Positions 56,873 through 64,000 of a DNA stretch of 64,000 bases are shown here, piece by piece (within the stretch, counting starts at the first letter, position 1; each line of letters opens with the position of its first letter). Source of the DNA: Octopus vulgaris. Taxonomy: Eukaryota. The translations under genes were made by a program, and so were the position numbers. Location of the stretch: NCBI GenBank assembly GCA_951406725.2, contig OX597833.1:41478001-41542000 (forward strand), given 5' to 3'. The notes below the pieces were generated by a model. The model was not told the DNA's origin. It saw only the letters and a list, made by a program, of their open reading frames with translations, and did no database searches.

Positions 56873-57348
56873 AAAATGACCAGAAAGACTTCAGAAAAGA
56901 TATTTATGCATCCGTATACAAAAACCGAATGTTCGGTGACGTCACCGTCAGCTACAATAGAACTACCGACAAATTATTCCTAACTTACGGCAAGACTGGT
57001 TTGTTCGAACTTAACCGAACCAGCACGAAAGACATGTTTCTCCTACAAGCACTTAAAGGCCTGCCTTATTACATCAGCAATGCAGACGGCTATCAGGGTG
57101 TACTTTATGGCTATCTATATTTCAATCGTACATCCAGTAATAATAGCACCGCACAAGACATTATAAGTGTAACTATACCAGACTTCGATCCCCAAGTACA
57201 CCCGACCTTCCGCAAGACTTTAAAACCTATAAATATGTTGGAAAGATATGGACCAAATTATTTAAATTCATACAAGGCCATGAAAGGCCATTTTATATTG
57301 TTATTAGTGTGTGTCCTAATCAGCATTGCTTTAATTAATCCATCTTAA
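56873..57348 (+). CDS. Beta-lactamase/PBP-family protein, last exon (DUF3471-like domain plus hydrophobic GPI-type tail)
   Basis: Pyrimidine-rich ccag acceptor; phase 1 matches exon D. YASVYKNRMFGDVTV..LFLTYG (cf. Y.G.Y....G...V..L...YG), several NxT/S sequons, ends FILLLVCVLISIALINPS*. Confidence 0.88.
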
Positions 57349-57546
57349 TTCAATAGGGGTTTCATGTTGTATTAAAAAAATATATGTGACACTAATTGTT
57401 ATTCTCTTTATTGTACTAATTGCCTGTCTGCTACCTAAATCACCGTTTGTTTCAGACGCTTGGCACCTCTCACTTATTAAAAGTGTATACTGACAGGAAG
57501 TAAGGTTTATTATATATGTGTATGTATGTATATACATACATACATA

Positions 57547-58228
57547 TATTAGAGAAAAACCACTATTATGCAATTCAAACAATGATAGACATAAACCAAA
57601 TCATAAATAAAAAATAAAATATATTTTTTAAAACGTAACATAAAACATAGGAGTGGCAGTGTGGTAAGTAGCTTGCTTACGAACCACATGGTTCCGGGTT
57701 CAGTCCCACTGCGTGGCACCTTGGGCAAGTGTCTTCTGCTATAGCCTCGAGCCGACCAAAACCTTGTGAGTGCATTTGGTAGACGGAAACTGAAAGAAGC
57801 CCGTCGTATATATGTATATATATATATGTGTGTGTGTGTGTTGTGTTATATGTTTGTGTGTCTGTGTTTGTCCCCCTAGCATTGCTTGACAACCGATGCT
57901 GGTGTGTTTACGTCCCCGTCACTTAGCGGTTCGGCAAAAAGAGACAGATAGAATAAGTACCGGCCTTACAAAGAATAAGTCCCGGGTTCGATGTGCTCCA
58001 GCATGGCCGCAGTCAAATGACTGAAACAAGTAAAAGAGTAAAGAGAGTATAACTAGATCACAAAAGTAAAAAAAATTAACGTTTTTTTTTTTTACTTATA
58101 TATTGATTATTCATTTTTTTTACTTTTGTGATCTAGTTATGTTTTAAAAAATATATTTTATTTTTTATTTATGATTTGGTTTATGTCTATCATTGTTTGA
58201 ATTGCATAATAGTGGTTTTTCTCTAATT
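57547..58228. repeat. Foldback of a Penelope pLTR-type repeat, interrupted by a family B SINE (57649-58047)
   Basis: 57547-57640 plus 58049-58075 is the reverse complement of about 58112-58228. Same family as 39115-39265. Confidence 0.85.
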
Positions 58229-59034
58229 TATATATGATATATTTATATTGTGAAATTTGATTTAATACTAAATTGAATTTTTCCCGGTAAGTTTGGAGTT
58301 ATACTCACTAATATTATTATTATATATTATATACACTTACCTCATGAGTTTCAACTAGTTCGGAAATGAAAACGAAATAGAAAAAGTAGGGTACATTATG
58401 CAGCGAACTGTCGGACAAAATACCTTTCGGTATGTGAGGACGCGTTGCCTAGAGATTAGATTGCTGCACTCCCGGTTACGAGGTGTTATGGTTTCGATTC
58501 TCAGACCAGGCAGTACGTTTTGTTCTTGAGAAAAACACTTCACCTCGCGGTTGCTCTGTGATCATTTCGACATCTGACATATGGCACACGGTGCACTGTA
58601 CCGCTCAAACGTTTGATCACTAAATAAAGAATGTGCAAATTCACGCAAGAAATGCAATGCCCTCATCTGTCGTCTACGACATAAAAGTCCACAATTTGTT
58701 TTTGTTTTTTGGTGGGAGGAGGTTACATTGAATTCAAATCCCGCCAAGCTCAGCTTTGCCTTAATTTCTTGAGATTCATAAAATATACTGAGCAGTCCAA
58801 CGCGGTGAACTGACGGAGACAACAGTGGAAAGGGAGTGAATGGCTTTTGGTATTTGTCCTAGCTCTTTGGTCGGGTTCCAAATTACTGAATGATAGAAAT
58901 TATCTACCTGGTCCCTAGGTGCATTTAGTAAGAGTTTACTCTGCTGCTAGCATTCGGACCAAATTTCCGGTTTGAAGGCAAATTCCTCGAACGATAATAA
59001 AAGGTCATGGATGTTGCCCTTCCTTTCCTGCAAA

Positions 59035-59457
59035 AGATCTTTTATTCCTTTCTGAGTTTCAGTCATCAGACAGCGACCATGCTTAGACACTGCTCTGAAG
59101 AATTTTAGCTGAACGAATCGCCCTCAGTACTTGTCTTTTTAAAACCTGGCACTTATTCCATCGACTTCTTTTGCCGAACCGGTAAGTCACAGGAATGTAA
59201 TCACACCAACACCGGCTGTCAAGCGGAGGAGCAGCAGACACTTACACACAAGGATCCTGTTGTGTGTGTATGTACGCCTGCAGACAGACACACACGACAG
59301 GATTCTTTCAGTTTCCGTCACCCAAATCCATTCACAATGCTTTATCGGCCAGAGTCTAAGGTATAAGACACTTGCCCAAGGTGCCACACATTGCGCCTGA
59401 ACCTGGAACAACTAGGTTAGAAAGCAAACTTTTTACCACACACCCAAGCCAGCGCCT
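59035..59457 (-). mobile_element. SINE family B
   Basis: Reverse complement of the family B core (cacttgcccaaggtgcca). Confidence 0.8.
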
Positions 59458-60269
59458 ATTGGAATAAAATCCCAGGGTTTTCAACTTCAGAAATAACTAC
59501 GAGATTACAGTGACTAGAGAACAATATTAGAAGTTAGATATTCTCCAATTAGCTGATTGTACTACTATGTGTTGCTATGGAGGTCCAGTAATGCTGAACT
59601 TTGCGAAAGGGTTCTAACTTATTTGCCAGTTAGACTCATTTCCTATAGCATGCCATTCTATGTTTAATTTGCATTCCAGGGTAGTTTCTGTTGCAAAGGA
59701 TTAACTAATTTCACTTCACTAAAGGGTGTACTTCTAGCTTATATTCTCCAACTCAGCCCCTGTAGGAAATCTCCCCCAGCACCTGTCACACGGTCTGTCA
59801 AGCAAGCAAATCAAACAACACCGGATGTTTGACTCCTAACCGTTAGTAGAAAGCGCTCGCTATTACCGGTTGTCCCTCGCCACATGCTCCCTTAAGTCGC
59901 ATTACGTAAAAGGTAAGAGACAAGGAGAGGCACTAAGGCTGGAATGATTTGGTCAGATTTGCTCGGTTGGAGCTAACCTGGGGTTAAGCAAGAGCTAAAG
60001 AAGCAGAATATATTTATCTTCAATAATATGGCATGATCCAAAAATCCATTTTCCTACAATCCTACTGTATTATTATCTTGTTTCTTATTGGCGAAGCAAG
60101 GGGGCAATTATTCAAACACAAGGTTGGGGTAGTCGATCTGACTGTTGTGCTACTATTATGTCGAACCAACAATATAGTGTGTCCACAATGAGAATGAGCA
60201 GACCTCAAGTCAAAGGGAATCAGGTTGATCTGCTGTTAAACAACAGGAAATAACATTGATCGTAAAGAC

Positions 60270-60593
60270 TCCCTTCGGTTATGAATGGCCATGGAATTGC
60301 ACCTAGAAAGTTTCCCTCCGAGGAACAAGTCCGAACAAGGTTGTTTATGGAAGACCAGTTGTCACCCATGCATACCAGCCTCTCCATACCACTGATATTA
60401 TCCAAGGGAAAGGCAAAGGTCGATACAGCTTGGCACCAGTGACATAGCAATTCATTTCTACAGCTGAGTGAACTGGAGCAACATTAAATAAAAGTGTCTT
60501 GTTCAAGAACGCAACAAACAACCCAGTCCGGGAATCGAACTCACTATCTCATGATTGTAAGTCCGACACACTAACCACTGAGCCACGCGCTTT
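60270..60593 (-). mobile_element. SINE family C
   Basis: Reverse complement of the 25653 element. Confidence 0.8.
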
Positions 60594-61532
60594 CGCATTG
60601 ATCGTAGGACAGAAATAAGATGCTGAGTCTGGTCATCTCATTTCAACTACTACTACTTCCTTGAATTTGAGCGGTTAGAATTTGAATAAAACAGTGGGTG
60701 AAGGGAATACCAAAAGAACGGGAGTTTGGGCCTCAACAGCGTCCATACTTCATTTTAATTAGCTAGGTCGAGGAATGATCATATTAAATACGTGCAAATG
60801 GAGTTGTAGGGAAAATGCAGATATGTTTAAACTTGTCAGCACTTATTCCCCCCACCCGATGAAAACATTGAATCTATAGTTCTAGTTATGTTGCTTAAAA
60901 AATAAAAGACAGGGTAGTTATGGCTGAAATACCTTTCGCTATAGATTTACACGATCAAGGATGATTTGAATTTAAAAAACAACCATATAAGACAGCCTAA
61001 CACATTTTCCCAATAACCATCTGCTAGCATACAGTTCATCTAATCAACCCCTTGACATTGGTCAACATAAACTGAACAAAATATTTCATTTTATAAATGT
61101 TTGATAAAATACAAAATATCCAAGAATATATAACAATAAGTATATGCCACAATATTTACTACAATCAAACACATTGGGAATATCTCGAAGAACAAATATG
61201 AAATGTTGATCACCCACTTTTTTTTTCATTTAAAAATAATCTACACCTAAAGCCCTTTCAAATCTCTCCGTCTCACGAAATTCCGGAACGATTGGCCGAA
61301 ACTAGAGTTGTTACCTAATCTCTTATCTTCTAGTTGTTTGTCATTTTTGACTGCGGCAATACTGGGGCACCCCCATAAAGGGTTTTAGTCGAATAAATTG
61401 ACATTTTTAAACTTCGTATTCATTCTATCGGTGACTTATGCCGAACCGCCAAGTTACACTGGTTGTCAAGAGGCGATGGGGAACAAACAAGACTCACATA
61501 AGCTCGTCGTATATATATATATATATATATAT

Positions 61533-61663
61533 GGTAAAACCACTAGGTGGTCAGCCGTATGCTAGAAGTAGATCACCTACGACCAAACTACAAAGAAAAG
61601 AATGTTCTCTAAAGGAAAATTCAGCGGACACCAGCATACGGCTGACCACCTAGTGGTTTTGCC
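61533..61663. repeat. 31-bp inverted repeat in the (TA)n of a minus-strand SINE B
   Basis: ggtaaaaccactaggtggtcagccgtatgct / agcatacggctgaccacctagtggttttgcc (30/31). Confidence 0.9.
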
Positions 61664-61768
61664 CTTTAAATATACACATTAGAATTTTCTCTGATTTTTG
61701 TATGTTAGGCTACTGGTTTTAAATTGATATTAAATTAATATTAAATTTATCTCCCTCATTATTTAAAT

Positions 61769-61810
<42 letters not shown>

Positions 61811-62789
61811 ACACACACGACGAGTTTCTTTCAGTTTCCGTCTATCAAATCCACTCACTTTTTCGCATTGCTCCAGCCCACAATTTCAATCAGAGAGGAA
61901 TGTTGGCCTGCTCGCTGCCAGTGAGATGGCGTCATTCGAAGGCTAAAACAAAGCTTTGGTCGATCTGAGGGAACCATGTGATTGGGAAGCGAGCTTCTTA
62001 CCACATAGCTACACCTACGTCACTTTTATATATTCACTTTTATTAACTAATAGCTGAAAAGAGTAAAACGGATTTTCAGTTGTCCTCTTAACCCCAAATG
62101 AGCTTTGACTGAACAGATTTTATAGTCAAAGGTATTTCGGCCGCTAACATTGCCCCATCTCGCTTTTTTTTTTTTTTAATAAGTATTTCCCTTAAGACAA
62201 TAGAAATAATTAAAATTTGGCTGCCATAACTAGCAATCGCATACTGAATCTCTCTCTCGCATTGGTATGAGAAAATACAAGTTTCGAGGAAATATAAATC
62301 AGAATGACAGGTTCAGAACGACTCACAACATAAATCACTCGATCTTATGCTTTAGAAATATTTGATAAAATACACAATGCTCATGAATATGTAAGTTCCT
62401 TACATACGGACCACAACACTTACTACGAATAAAACTAAGAACATTCCCCACTCACCACCACAAACGAAAATAGCAATGACTAAACGAGTCCTACACACAT
62501 ACAATTTTAAAATGAAGGATCACGTAAGATATGCCAAACGGATCGCGATGGTAAAAGGCTGGAAGTGCTGGTTTAGAACGAGAACTGGACAAAAACCTGA
62601 AGGCTAAACTATAAAGCTCTATAGCACATACACATCAGTGAAAGGGAGTCAAAAGAATTTTTTTTTTTTAATCTTTTGACTTAGGTATACGATTAAACGT
62701 ATTTGACTTCGGTATAAGTACGATACAACCAACGAAAAAAACAAGTGCACTAACAAGGTTTATTATATCTCATAGTTTGGCACTTCTAG

Positions 62790-63050
62790 TCTCAGCTGAT
62801 CGCGTGACCGACCAGACTATCAGATGACGTTACACATCGCTGATTACAATGCGCTCTGAATCGTTTTAGCCTTCGAATGACGCCATCTCACTGGCGGAGA
62901 GCAAGCCAACATTCCCCTCTGATCGAAAGTGTGGGCTGGAGCAACGTGGAAAAGTGTTTTTTGTTCAAGAACACAACGTGCAGCCCGGTCTGGAAATCGA
63001 ACCCACGATCGTGAGTACAACAGCCTAATCACTAGGCCACGCGCCTTCAC
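62790..63050 (-). mobile_element. tRNA-derived SINE (family C-related head)
   Basis: Reverse strand reads ggcgcgtggcctagtgattagg..gggttcgatttcc..gtgttcttgaacaa. Confidence 0.75.
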
Positions 63051-64000
63051 ACTTCTAGTCTACTTGTGCTTAAACACCAAGCAGTGTGATGTTGCAAGTT
63101 CTAGCTTATTGGAATCCTTAAATTTTTATAGGTTAGAGTAAACCCGTTTCTTTAATTCTAAATCAATGTAAATAGCTAAAGAAAAAAAAATGGTTTGCCT
63201 CCTCTACATTTAATTATGCCTTTGATACAGCATCTTGGGAACCTGTAACAATGTCATATAAATCATTTAATGTACATAGCTTTGAGGGGTTTGTTGGTTC
63301 TTTGCCGTCGTTGTGTCAAGAATTATTAAATTTCAATAGATTGCAAGTATGTTCAAACTTTACAATTTGATTAGATAGAGAAAGAGAGAGTAGCGTTAAC
63401 AATTCAATAAACCTACCTACGCTCTCTTTTACTATCTTTTTTGCTCTTAAATACTACAAACGCCTCTAGTGAAAAATTAGGGTTTCATTTAACACCCAAC
63501 GTTTTATAAATATATATAATAATAATAATTATTATTATTATTATTAAAACAATTTAAAAGTTTAAAAGGTTTGTTGATATTTAGCTTGTACTTCTATGAA
63601 TAATTTCGAGGTGATTGCACTTCTTGGAAGAAAATAATTGGGTAGATGGTAAGTTGGAAAGCTAATGTGATTGGATTGCTTGCCTTCTTTCTCTCTATCT
63701 CTCAATATTTCATGTAATACACACATACACACACAGAGCATACATCCCGCAGTTTCCTCTCATTCATTGCACAGGAGCTTCAACATTTCCTGCCACAAGT
63801 GGAGGAACAGGACACAAACACATTTCCGGCAGTTTCATACTCAAACTAAAAGTGAATTATTGTAAACATAAACCATAAATATTTACACTGAACCAACAAT
63901 GCTTAAATTACAGATACACAATTTACATGTCTAACAAGACGACAACATCAAACAGGAAGTGTCATAAAATTAGTAAACAAGACGGATTATGCTTGTGGTG

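Overview
Eukaryotic, AT-rich, repeat-dense animal DNA. It is most likely octopus/coleoid cephalopod, inferred from tRNA-derived SINEs resembling the Octopus OK/OR families and from very high microsatellite density. One host gene can be assembled by hand on the + strand from five GT-AG coding exons with consistent phases: 13008-13178, 35644-35904, 40303-40574, 45031-45318 and 56873-57348 (about 488 aa). It encodes a class C beta-lactamase/PBP-fold serine-hydrolase-like protein with a DUF3471-like C-terminal domain and a hydrophobic GPI-type tail. I did not find the N-terminal SxxK exon(s); they probably lie upstream of the window. The catalytic YxN motif reads KSN, so this may be a pseudoenzyme. 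The introns hold decayed mariner, Tigger, Helitron, Penelope, CRE, RTE and CR1 elements, hAT/Merlin/pogo-type MITEs and many SINEs, often nested. Less obvious signals are several Penelope-type minimal hammerhead ribozyme motifs, one foldback whose junction matches a predicted cleavage site, multi-unit SINE arrays each enclosed by a single TSD, and several local templated duplications that would form long intronic dsRNA. All calls were made by eye; no searches were run.
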